Positions 1-11,208 of a stretch of DNA of 64,000 nt are shown one piece after another (position 1 is the stretch's first letter; the number at the start of each line of letters is the position of its first letter). Origin of the DNA: Mayamaea pseudoterrestris (Eukaryota). The position numbers were made by a program, and so were the translations under genes. Below the pieces are notes generated by a model. The model did not search any database and was not told the DNA's origin. It was given only the letters and a program-made list of their open reading frames with translations. Location of the stretch: NCBI GenBank assembly GCA_027923505.1, contig BROI01000009.1, forward strand, positions 992,001 through 1,056,000, in the 5' to 3' direction.

Positions 1-1532
1 ACACCATTCACAGGTAAAGTAGCCTCTGGCTCTTCCAAGACCAAGTCCGAAGCTGCATCGAGACTCAAGGAGCGACCAATAGTTCCGTATTGCGAACCAT
101 TCGAGCCGGCCGACCTGTTATCGTCCGTATCATCAACGTCTGCGTCCTCCAATAGTGCTGCCGTTAGCGTTTCATTCGCTTGTTGTCTTTGCCGCTGCAT
201 CCTCCTCGCCAGGTATCGCTTCCAAACACCAATAACGGCAATGCGAGCAGGAAAGACATTCAGCGGAAAGGCCGTAATGACGGCGGCCGCCATGCTTGCT
301 GTTGCAAACTGCATCATGCCAGAATCATGCTTGTAGTTAACGAGAACGTTTGGTTCAATGCGATCACCAAAATCAGCGAGTGCAATGATTGAAATACTGG
401 CATATAGTAAAAAGCAAACTGACACTGACAAATATGCAACCTTGTGCATGAGCTGCTGATTGTTATCAAGTTCCAAGTAAATGGATGGGACGTTAATCTG
501 ACATGAAAAGGCAAACATGACGATAGGGCAAGCCTTGAGAACAGAAATAACTCCATCTGCAGGCCAAAGGTAGTCGGTCAACTTGACGATTGGAAAATCA
601 TCGGACGTGGAGTTTCCTCCCAGATCGGTCACGTATGGACCGTACGTAACGTCCGCCACCCAAGTATCGTTCGTGTCCCATCGATCGTGACTTGTGTGAC
701 CGTAATCGTCGTTGATCAAGTGCCACAAGGAGCAAAAGACGAGCGTCCCAATGGCAGCCACACCCGTGCCACTCGTCCATTGAAAGCTTTTCATGCGTCG
801 AAACATGCTCAACGGCATCATCAAGGTGAGCCACACAATGAGCATGCTGGAGAGGCGCTTCCATCCCAGGGTGATGTAAAGTATATCGCCAACGGCAATG
901 ACATAGCTCACAGAGCATCCGACGCAGAATACGACGATACATACTTCTGTCAGTTGTTTCATTCGATGCCCCAAAAAGTACGAAACCAAGCCTTCCATGG
1001 AAACGTTGGTAAAGGTCAAGCTATCAGCCGCCGTCGTTTGCGCAATCACCAATAAGCGAATCGAAACAATGGTAATGCCAGCGCTCGCTAGCAAGAGCAG
1101 CATTCCAACAATAATGCCAGCCTGCTGCATGGCAAAGGGCAAGGCCAAGACCCCAGCGCCCAAGGTGGCGCTGCAAAGATTGGCAGCCGCGCCAATGAGA
1201 ATGGACGCACGTGACGGCGTCGTCGTTAGTGGTGCGTGCGAAAATAACGTATCAGCAGCAGTGTTGAAATGAGTTGATTGTTCGCGTTCGCCATTGGCAT
1301 GACCATTTCCATTGACTAGAACGTCTAGATCTTTGTCTTGTTTCGCTCCCTCATCCTCCAATGTATACAGTGTCTCCTCCTCCATCGTGCCATTGCGATG
1401 CGTTAACTGTCCATTCATTGTCAAGGGATCCAGAGACGAAACATTTTGTGCAGGAGAGTCCAAAACTGCCCTCGCTTTTGTTATACCGTTTTTCGTGCGG
1501 TTCCTCTTGGATTTCTTCGAGTTGTTTGGCAT
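1..1532 (-). CDS. Amino acid/auxin permease (AAAP/SLC38-like) transporter; 3' end runs off the window
   Basis: Missing from the ORF track because it has no stop in the window. Manual translation from ATG 1532 gives MPNNSKK...NLCSATLGAGVLALPFAMQQAG...SYVIAVGD...CPIVMFAFSCQINVPSIY, typical Aa_trans motifs with many TM segments. Confidence 0.9.
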   Translation of the reverse strand, partial: MPNNSKKSKRNRTKNGITKARAVLDSPAQNVSSLDPLTMNGQLTHRNGTMEEETLYTLEDEGAKQDKDLDVLVNGNGHANGEREQSTHFNTAADTLFSHAPLTTTPSRASILIGAAANLCSATLGAGVLALPFAMQQAGIIVGMLLLLASAGITIVSIRLLVIAQTTAADSLTFTNVSMEGLVSYFLGHRMKQLTEVCIVVFCVGCSVSYVIAVGDILYITLGWKRLSSMLIVWLTLMMPLSMFRRMKSFQWTSGTGVAAIGTLVFCSLWHLINDDYGHTSHDRWDTNDTWVADVTYGPYVTDLGGNSTSDDFPIVKLTDYLWPADGVISVLKACPIVMFAFSCQINVPSIYLELDNNQQLMHKVAYLSVSVCFLLYASISIIALADFGDRIEPNVLVNYKHDSGMMQFATASMAAAVITAFPLNVFPARIAVIGVWKRYLARRMQRQRQQANETLTAALLEDADVDDTDDNRSAGSNGSQYGTIGRSLSLDAASDLVLEEPEATLPVNG

Positions 1533-2021
1533 GACGAAGAAGGGAGCCGAAGGGACGAAGGGACTACCTAGTAATCTGAAACTTGTTGTGGTTCTCCGAT
1601 CCTTCTGCAGTCTCTTCTTTCAGTCAGGCCTCTATCCGTTAATGCTGCCGTCAACAGCTTACTTGCGCCCAACAATAGTGTTATACATGGAGATGAGCAA
1701 GCCGCAGCAAGGACGGTTGTTGTGGCAGTCGTCGGCGCAAAAAGCAGACGGACCACAATTTATGTCGCACTGGTGAAGAATGAGCTCGTACCGGTACTTG
1801 CATGATCGTTGAAATTGGCGTCCGTGCTTTGCATGGGTCATTCTCGGTCATGGGTCATTCTCCAAGGATCTTCGTGTCTTGCTTGGGATCTTGCGAGACG
1901 CATCAGCCATCTTCATCTTGGTCGTCTTGCTTATTGTCAAACAAGTCTTTATCTTCATCATACTGCCGACGAAGGATATTCTAGTCAACTAGCGATAAAG
2001 TGAAAGAAGAGGACTGCAATC

Positions 2022-5000
2022 ATGTCTGACGGAAACAAAAAGACATTCGTCTACATCAAGGACCCCGAGTTTGCCTGGATTCCAGCGACTCTTCTAAAGA
2101 CGGAAGGTGACAAGGCTCACGTCAGTGTTCCGCAATACAAGGACGAGCAGTCCATCAGCTCGGATGGAGGCAGAGCTGCGACTAAAGAAGTACAAGATAT
2201 TGTCAACCTAAAGGACTATCCGCACAAAGTATTGCCACTGCAGAATGTTGATGCCAATGGAAATTTGTTGGTCTTTCCCGACATGGTCAAGCTCCCATAC
2301 CTTCATGAGGTAAGCATGCATGTGTATCATGAATGAATGAATGAATGAATTGATGCCATCGCAACGTTCTTAACTTCAACGTCATCGTCTGCATACCCAA
2401 TACCCACCCGTTTTCCATGTCACACGCAGGCCGGAATTTTGTACAACATGAAGGCTCGCCACAAGGAAGGTCATCCATACACTCGTACTGGAGACATTGT
2501 TATTGCAATCAATCCTTTCCAGTGGTTTACTGAGCTCTACACGGAAAAGAAGCGCATCTACTACTCCAACCGCTTGGTATGGCAGGAAGACAACGACAAG
2601 GATGCTCGCGACGGCATGGATCCGCACGTATACGAAGTCTCGGCCTTGTCCTACAAGGGACTTGCGTTTGGCGGCGAAGACCAATCGATTCTCGTTTCTG
2701 GCGAATCTGGTGCCGGCAAGACGGAGACGGTCAAGATTGCCATGAACCACATGGCCAGCGTTCAAAAGGGACCAGGCGCGTCAAGCTCGGATGCACTCGA
2801 TCCAGTCGTCAAGCGCGTCGTCGAGTCCAACCCCTTGCTCGAGGCCTTTGGAAATGCCAAGACGAGGCGCAATGACAACTCTAGTCGCTTTGGAAAGTAC
2901 TTGCAGTTGCAGTTTGACAACACGGAAGCTCACAAAATGGCATACGGCAATGTCAAGGAGAGCTTGTGCAAGCTTGCTGGATCCAAGTGCGACGTTTACT
3001 TGTTGGAAAAGAATCGTGTCGTTGGTCACGACAATGAAGGCGGCGAGCGCACCTACCACATTTTCTACCAGATCTTGGCCGCGCCAGAAGACAAGAAAAA
3101 GTGGATTTGGGACAAGCTTGCTGGGTCATCCAACAATAGCTTCAAGTACATTGGTCACTCGACAACGACTTCAATTGAAGGTATGACGGATGCTCAGCAC
3201 TTTGCTAATACTTGCGAAGTACTTGAGCTCATTGATGTCAAGGGTGAAAAGCTTCGCGCCATGATGCGCGCCATTGTAGCCGTCATGCAGCTTGGTAACA
3301 TAGAATTCGATTCGCTCAAGGGTGACAAGGACAAGTCGTCCATCAAGAACAAGGCGGCCGTCAAGGACTTGGCTGGATTGATGCATGTTGACGAGGAAGC
3401 CCTTTCCTTGTGCTTTACCGAGCGCACCATGAAGACCAAGACGGAGGAGTACAAGGTGCCACTCAACCCAGTTGCCGCGCAGGATTCAGCCGGTGCACTT
3501 GCCAAGGAGATTTACGGCAAGGTGTTCCTTTGGTTGGTTCGCGCCATTAACGCTGCCACGTGCGCGGAGGATAATTACAAGGATGGCACCATGTCCAAGT
3601 TTGGTATCATTGGACTATTGGACATTTTCGGATTCGAATCGTTTGTTGTCAACCGCTTTGAACAACTTTGCATCAACTACGCTAACGAAAAGCTTCAAGC
3701 CAAATTTACGGAAGACATATTCAGGTCCGTCCAGCAAGAGTATGAAGCCGAAGGAATCGAGTTGGCCGAGATTTGGTACGATGACAACACCGACGTGTTG
3801 GATCTCATTGAAGGCCGCACTGGACTCTTGGCTTTGTTGAACGAGGAATGCGTTCGCCCCAAGGGAAACGACGAGCAGTTCGTCCAAAAGGCGCTTCAGA
3901 TGAACCAAAAGTCTCCGTGCCTCATTGTCAACAAGATGGATCGCATGTCGTTTGGAATTCACCACTACGCCGGCAAGGTCATGTACGACGCCGACCAGTT
4001 TGTCAGTCGCAACCAAGATACTCTTCCGACTGATCTTGAGGACTTGTGCAAGCTATCCGATAATTTTATCATTTCGGCCAAGCTTGACACCATGGACGAA
4101 GGTCCTGCGCCATCAGGCCGCGGAGTCCGTCGCGCCAAGAGCAATCTTGTCGCGCCAACTGTGTGGGGCAAGTACAAGACGCAGTTGGCCTCGCTCATGG
4201 GCAATCTCCGCAAGACTAACTCGCGTTACATTCGCTGCATCAAGCCCAACATGGTCAAGAAGCCAGTCTTGATGGAGCACTTGCCGACAGTCGAGCAGCT
4301 TCGATGTGCCGGAGTGGTTGCGGCAGTGACTCTTTCGCGTTCTGCCTTCCCCAATCGCTTGGATAACCAGGTGACTCGCTTCCGTTACGCGACGCAGTGG
4401 GACGGTGCCAAGTTCCCTTCCAAGCGCAATAGTTCCATGACGCCGGAGGAAGCGCTTCGTGCTGACTGTGATGCCATTTTGACTTGCGCGCTCAAGGGCA
4501 AGGAGTTCAAGGATGACCGTGGCAAGGTGGTTAAAATGTTCGTCGTCGGCAAGACTCGCAGTTACTTTCGCGCCGGTGCCTTGGAGTATTTGGAGGCGAA
4601 TCGTCTCGAGAATGGTCTAGATGAGCCGGCCACGGTCATTCAAAAGTATGCTCGCCGCTTTTTGGTCAAGCTGCACTGGGACGACATGACGCAGGGCGCT
4701 CGCGAAGCTGAGCGTTTGGCGCGCGAGGAAGAGGAACGCAAGCGCATGGCCGAGCTCGAGTCACAGGCTCGCGAGTCGGAAGCGAAACGCAAGGAGCTGG
4801 AGCGTCGCAAGCGCGATGAAGCTGCCCGCAAGGCCAAGGAGGAACGCGAGCGCAAGGAAAAGCAGGAGCGTTTGGAACGCAAGCGTAAGGAGCGAGAGGA
4901 ACGCGAGCGCGTCGAGCGTGAACAGGCTGAGCAGGAAGACAAGATCAAGAGCCTCAAGAAGGAGATTCGTAAGCTCGAGAAGGAACTCGACGAAAAGAAG

Positions 5001-5603
5001 ATCAAGGCGGAGAAGAAGATTCGCGACGTTGAGTCGGAAGCCAAGGAACTGGAAGCTGAAGCAGCCGAGCTCCAGCAAAAGTACGACGAGCTCATGAAGC
5101 AGGCTGAAAGCATTGACAAGGGTGAGATTTCAACCAACAAGAAGCGACTCGATGAGTCGGAAAAGATTGTCGCCTACTTGCGCAAGGAGAACAAAAAGGT
5201 TCGCGACAAGACGGACAAGATGAAGGATGAGCTCGAAGACTTGAAGGAGCAAAACAACCGCCTCATTGAAGCCAATGCATCGGCCGGCGCTTCCTTGGAC
5301 TCGCTCGAGAAGCAGCGCAAAAACTTGGCGGACCACAACTCCAAGCTGGAGGATAGTTTGAAGAAATACAAGACACAAAACTCGCAATTGCAATCTGATC
5401 TTGACAACCGGGCAGCCTACCTAAAGGCGGAAACGAAGATTCGTGCCGAGTATGAGCGCGCCATGGAGTCAATTGTGGAAATGCTGGAGTCTCGCTGCAC
5501 CGACGGCAAGCTGGTGGAGGATGTGACTGCGGCGCAGCTCCAGTGCGAGGCGATTGCCCAGCACAAGACGAGCATGTTGAGTGCTCCCATTAGTCTCGAC
5601 TAG
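2022..5603 (+). CDS. Myosin heavy chain, join(2022..2309,2430..5603): motor, one IQ-like motif, ER/K-rich helix and coiled-coil tail
   Basis: P-loop GESGAGKT, LEAFGNAKT, NDNSSRFGK, DIFGFE, RCIKPN. The GTAAG...CAG intron 2310-2429 joins LPYLHE to AGILYNM in frame. Confidence 0.97.
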
Positions 5604-5951
5604 CGTTTGTCGCTGTCCTAATGGAGGAAGAAATGTCGCGGATGTGTGAGCGAGGCGAATAATCCTTGGTGGATTTTCACTTCGATAAATAAGAATATTA
5701 ATGTCAAGTCAAAGATTACTCGTAGGGAATCGCTCTTTCGTATAGAATCAAATCTTTATCAGCTTGATGAACATGCAGTTAGGAGGAACATACGCTTCAA
5801 TCAGCCAACGCACGAATAGCTAACATCTCAGCAGTGACGTCACAATCCGAAGCGTTTCGCCGAAAGCTGGCTTGCGTGCCACCATGAGGGTCGCATTTCG
5901 AACCTCTCCAACACCATCATTGCGAATATTGCAGTATATATCTATAGCATC

Positions 5952-8900
5952 ATGCGGCTAACAGCAAAGAATGTAAGACTCCTCTACGTAATCACTGCTG
6001 CATGGAGCAGGAGTCTTTGCACGACAGCCTCGGCTGGAGCAGTAAACGCAGCGGCATCAGTCGTCACCAACCAGCATGAAGCTTCCGTCTGTCAAGCATC
6101 GTCCGACGACGAAAACAATCCGCAATGCGTCGTTGCAGCACAAGAGCAAGTTACATCAAACGATACAATGCGAGTAAATCATGATTTGAATCAAAAAGAA
6201 GCTGACGCTTTGACTGCAAACGACGAAACCTGTCGACTCTACATGCTTGCTCCTTCCTCCGCGTCTTCCGAGTCAACGACTCGACTATTCACTGGCGTAT
6301 CACTGCAAAAGGGAGACTTGCTGCTACTACAAGAAGATACAATCAATAGTGACCTGCATGTCCGAATCACAGACGCGAATAAGAACGAGTGGAGCCCCTG
6401 GCATGACGTGCTTTGGTCGGCCACCAAAGATTTTATGACACCGGCCGCGAGTCGCAAGAGCACCAGCTATAATACTACTACGAGTACATCTGCACCACCC
6501 GCGACGTGGCTACTTCAAAACGATTTTCAGCTCGATTGGTTTGTTTCGGGATTGGCGAGTATGGCGCAGTGCGTTTTTGACGACTACGAGCTTGACGAAG
6601 ACGACCAAGACGAGGCAGCAAGTCCTAGCCGAGTCAACGTTGTTCCAGAGCTAGTTAACTCGCCAGTCACAACAACAATCAACAATCATATGAACGACCC
6701 GGCTTTTGATGGATCCTTTGCAAGCGCAGACAATCATGGCGCTCCCATTATCGTCTATCGCGCCATTCGAGACTTGAGAGTGGGCGACGAACTCTTTGTG
6801 GCATGTCACATTCATCATCATGATGCTGCTGATTTCCAATCAAAACAACGACAATCAGCAGCAGCAGCAGCAACTACTACTACTACTCCCGCGAATGATA
6901 GCCAAGCAGCCGCTACTGCTCGGGCTCAATTGAATCGCGACGGAGTCTGCATGGATGCCCTTAGCGTTCAGTCAACGACGCTGCCAAATACACGAGGGCA
7001 ACGAGGTGCCTTTACACGAAGAGCCATTCAGACTGGACAAGCCATTGCCAAGACTCCAGTCATTCCGCTCGACAAGTCGCAGCTGGAGATATCCAAGCAA
7101 GCGTACTACACTGACTTGGAGCAAGATATTGTTGACACGACCACGAGTATGAGCAATGCCAGCAACAATTTTCCAAGCCTTCTTTCGACGCGGCGCAAGC
7201 ATGGAATTTTGTATCAGGCAGACATTCCGGCAATCACGCAGTCACGGCAGCAATTGCTGTTAAATTACGTTTTTGGCAGTGAAAACAGTCATGTGCTACT
7301 GCTTCCAGTGGCTCCGGGTGCGAGTTTTATCAATCATGCAACATCGTCGACGAAGCAACGAGAACGACAGCGACGAGCGGCTGGAGATGGAGCGGCAACC
7401 AATGCAAGTGCAACAGCAGTTCCAGTCGCCAATGCGTATCTGCGATGGTGGTCGCCACTGTCGTCCGGCAGCGACTCCGAGCTGCAGCAGCATGGACTCA
7501 ACAACAATGCATACTACCACTCGCTTTCGGCGCACGACTTGCTTGACGAGTATGCGGAGAATGGCTTGTGGATGGAGATTGTTGCGTTGCGCGATTTGCA
7601 GCCGGGCGAGGAAGTGCTCATTGACTATGGATCTGATTGGGAAGTAGCGTGGCAAATGCATGCGGAGAAACTTGTTCATGAGCCGCAAGCGGAACGTGTC
7701 ACTGCAAGTCAATATGCTGCAACGATACTGGCGAGTATTGAGAACGCAACAATTAGCAGCAACCCTACTACAACTTTGATTCGAACGCTGGAGCAGCAGG
7801 AGTCTCAACCATACCCCAGCAATTTGGCAACGGCGTGTACATTTAGTTACACGCAAAAGGTTGAACACAAGGTTCAGTCGAGACTTCCAATTGTCTGGGA
7901 ACCGCAGGCAACCAAGGGATGCATGCGATTCTGCGATGTCCTGTCATATGCTGCCGATTCAAACACTTTTACGGTGCGAATATATCCTCGACTCGGTGAG
8001 CGATCCGAACAGCGCGTTCAGGCTGGTTGCGGCGGCAAGTCCAAACATTCCATGCCCAAGGAAGGTTTTGTCGTCGAACACTTTCCTGAGTTTGCCATTG
8101 CACTGGCCGACAAGCCATATTCGCTCGACTTTCAGCAGCCGCATGCCTTTCGCCACTTTATTGGCGTATCCGATCCAAACTTTTATCCACCGACGTGGAA
8201 TAAGAAGGATGCTCGTCCGAATGGTGACTTTATTCCAACTCCGCTCGGTCCAGGTCAGCTTGAAGTGATTCGATGGGCCGATACGGGCAAAGTGGTGACG
8301 TCAAACGCCTATCGAATTGGCATGCCAGAGAGCGTCCGCGAAACACTGCTGGAGTATTGTAGGCGCATGGGCGTGGTTGACATTTTCAAGCACATTACCA
8401 TGCAAGGCAACTCTCTTGACATTGGGACGGACACGTACTTGAATTTGGACGGCGAAGAGTGGTATTTACAACGACCCGACAAGAAGTGGAACTCGAATCT
8501 GCAGTGGCTCAGCCCAGGCGACAATGCGGCGCACAACCACTACTTGGAGGCGCTGAGTGTGGCTGGCTTTGACAGCGTATTGCAGAGTATTGGTGAGCGC
8601 TTTCAAATGGAGGGACTAGTAGCCTTTCACTTGACATTCATGGCCGTCTCACAGTCAACGCGCGGTTATCTCCACTACGACGTGACAAGAACTCAAGCCA
8701 AGGCGTTCAACGTTATCATTCCACTCATACTGGCAAACGAGACGGGTCCAGAGCTCGATTTACAAAACTATGACGAAGACGAGGAGGACGAGAGCAAGCA
8801 GGACGATCGCATTGGTCGTTATCGATACGAATATCATGTGGCATCCATGATGGGCGACGACGCGTTGCACGCGAGTAGTGCGGTCGACTACCGCGTCCAA

Positions 8901-9222
8901 AAGGAGATGCGACTGGCTGCAACAATTTATGTTGCCGGTAAGTGCTTTGTTGATCGCGGTCACTGCTGCATATCGGATTGTTGCGAATGTTTGTTCGGTA
9001 TACTAATCTCCGCTGTTTCAACCTCGCCAAGATGTGAACGAAGCCAATGTAAACGAGATCATGTCGCAATATACCCAAGCATACCCTCCAAATGATCGTG
9101 ACCTGCTTCTCAGTTGGGCTGGGACACACTGGAAGAAGGATGATCCATCCGCTCACCTACCCACGCCTCGCAAGGGCCATGTGCTGACAGAGCCGAAAGT
9201 GGATGCAACAGCTTCCATGTAA
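5952..9222 (+). CDS. Secretory diatom-type SET-domain protein (BacSET-like) with a C-terminal putative 2OG-Fe(II) dioxygenase domain, join(5952..8937,9032..9222)
   Basis: Hydrophobic N-terminus. Degenerate SET1 (RAIRDLRVGDELFV) and SET2 with FINH and ALRDLQPGEEVLIDYG. Intron 8938-9031 has GTAAG, branch site TACTAAT and AAG. The C-terminal domain has HYD...H...R. Confidence 0.85.
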
Positions 9223-9363
9223 TTAATCTTTGAATACCTTTTCGTATGGTCAATTTGAAATGCGGATGAATAAGCAATATCATATAAATTTACAGAAAGA
9301 TTTATAATAAATTAACTTGCTTATATACCCTACGCTTGGAAGTGACTCTCCACAACCACTTGT

Positions 9364-10965
9364 CTATTCATGCCACGAGAAGCGAAACCGATTAAGCATG
9401 TCCCTGCGGATAGGTTTCAGTTGTCCACTCTGGTAGAGGCTGCGTTGCTCATTGGCCCATGCAACCAGCGAGGGGTCTGCATTGTCAAGTGTAATTTCAG
9501 CGTGCCCATGTTTATGGTAAAAGTCAACTAGTTTCAGATAGCCATCGAGCCAGGGCGACTCCTCAACGACTGGTGGCGGCACGTAGAAGGGCGACTCTTC
9601 AACGACTGGTGGCGGCACGTAGAAACCTCGAAAAGGGATAGTTTCGGTATCATCAGACTCAGACTCGCTGTTCGCTGGGGAGGAAAAGCCCATGAGTTCA
9701 GCGAGTTCAGCAGCAGTAACCCTATGAGTTTTTGAATCTACCTCGGACTCGGCAGCATCAGCATTTTCCGTACTCTGCAACAAGCTTTGCCCTATTGGCT
9801 CGTCAGCATGCTCTGGACGGACTTGTCCAGTGCTTCTCTTATTGATCGCAGCATTGCTCATCCAGGTACTTGTGTTAGCTATCAACGGCATTCTTGGCAC
9901 CTCGGTCGTATCTACCGGTATGCTTTGCGCAAACCCCGGCTTGGCCAACTCAACGACATACTCTTGCTCGGGTTGTTCACTGTCATGTATATTTTTCGCA
10001 TCAATGCTCGACTGAATGCTAGTGTGATTCAAATTTGATGTATCTTCAGTCTCGACGACATCCGCAGTTGCACTCCAACAAAAGCCCAGCTCGTTCAACT
10101 TGTCAACACGATCCGGCCGAAGCTTTCCCTTGCTATACTCGACACGTTGTCGATGCACCCAGTTAACAAAGGGAGCATCGTACGTGGTCGTCTTGAGGGT
10201 AACGCGCGTATCACCCTCGTGAGCCTTGGCGTACTTTTCGAGCTTGTGAAACATGGTCATCCAATTGGCGTCTTGTTTCGTCCAGTCGAAGCCAAGCGCC
10301 TCCAAAGCTTCTCGCTTGTCGTTGGATAGCTTGTGCTGTTTGGTTCGCTGAATGGAAACCCAGTGTGCCAGCTCCAAGTCTTTTTCGTAATTCGCAGGCA
10401 CGTTGGTAGTGTTGTGTTTTCGCCAGTACGCTTCCAGTTTCTCATACATTTCGTCCCATGGTGACTGCTGCTTCCAGTCAAAGCCAATCTCGTCAAGCAT
10501 TTGCATGTGTTTTTGCGAAAGAGTCTCGTGTCGCTGCCGCTGCAATTTTACCCACTGCGCCAAGGCTGGATCATGCTGGTAGTTATGAGGCACTCTAGTA
10601 TGTCCGTAAATGACTTTGTACTTTTCAAGTTGCTCAAAAGAGTCTTTCCAGCTTCGTCGTGTCTTCGTCTGCGTTTTGTTCTGCGTCACTTGCTGCTGGT
10701 GTTGCGGATCTCGATCTTGAGTCCGGTTAAGATGTTCTAAATGGCCATGAGATGCCTTCTGTTGGTAATTCATCAATAACTGGCCCTGTATCTTGCTGCT
10801 CGGAAAATTATCCAGGTATGTTGGAGCTTTGATGGGCCCATGCACGAGGGCGTATCGACGCTGACTTGTTGCTGGCAGCTGGAAAGCAACGACTGGAATC
10901 CAAGCATCGACCACGCTACTCACAAGGATACTTAGTGTCAAGTAGTGTAGCCGGAAAGCCCTCAT
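9364..10965 (-). CDS. Helicase-associated (HA) repeat protein, 4 repeats, predicted signal peptide
   Basis: Four repeats of W..(F/Y)..L..Y...HG...VP...L..WV..QR...L...GF.W type. Start uncertain (ATG 10965 or 11013). Confidence 0.88.
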   Translation of the reverse strand: MRAFRLHYLTLSILVSSVVDAWIPVVAFQLPATSQRRYALVHGPIKAPTYLDNFPSSKIQGQLLMNYQQKASHGHLEHLNRTQDRDPQHQQQVTQNKTQTKTRRSWKDSFEQLEKYKVIYGHTRVPHNYQHDPALAQWVKLQRQRHETLSQKHMQMLDEIGFDWKQQSPWDEMYEKLEAYWRKHNTTNVPANYEKDLELAHWVSIQRTKQHKLSNDKREALEALGFDWTKQDANWMTMFHKLEKYAKAHEGDTRVTLKTTTYDAPFVNWVHRQRVEYSKGKLRPDRVDKLNELGFCWSATADVVETEDTSNLNHTSIQSSIDAKNIHDSEQPEQEYVVELAKPGFAQSIPVDTTEVPRMPLIANTSTWMSNAAINKRSTGQVRPEHADEPIGQSLLQSTENADAAESEVDSKTHRVTAAELAELMGFSSPANSESESDDTETIPFRGFYVPPPVVEESPFYVPPPVVEESPWLDGYLKLVDFYHKHGHAEITLDNADPSLVAWANEQRSLYQSGQLKPIRRDMLNRFRFSWHE

Positions 10966-11208
10966 GGTGTGTAGTTGCAGGTTCGATTGAGTGGGTAAGG
11001 AACGAGTGCTCATCGTCAAAGTCGCAACCGAAGGGTGACAAGGTTCTCAAAAATGAATGTCGCAAAGGTTCTCTCTATAACCGCTCCGACGAGATGACGT
11101 TTGAAAGCCTTTCGAAGCGCGACGACGACATCATTCATCCATCACGAAAGCTCCGCCTGGAGGCTTCCCTTGTTCCACTTTACTGCTGCCTTTTTGCTTG
11201 CTACCATT

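Noticed and set aside
180..1776. Short ORFs listed in the track over the first 1.8 kb, and similar antisense ORFs inside long genes throughout
   Set aside because: Mostly shadow frames of real genes, here the minus-strand amino-acid permease.
2331..2350. (GAAT)5 in the myosin intron; also (TCAA)n at ~61958-61980 and short repeats at ~43350-43385
   Set aside because: Ordinary microsatellites with no sign of function.
8938..9095. Cys-rich C-terminus of the 1047-aa ORF in the track
   Set aside because: Read-through into an intron with clear donor, branch and acceptor sites. The spliced product ends at 9222.
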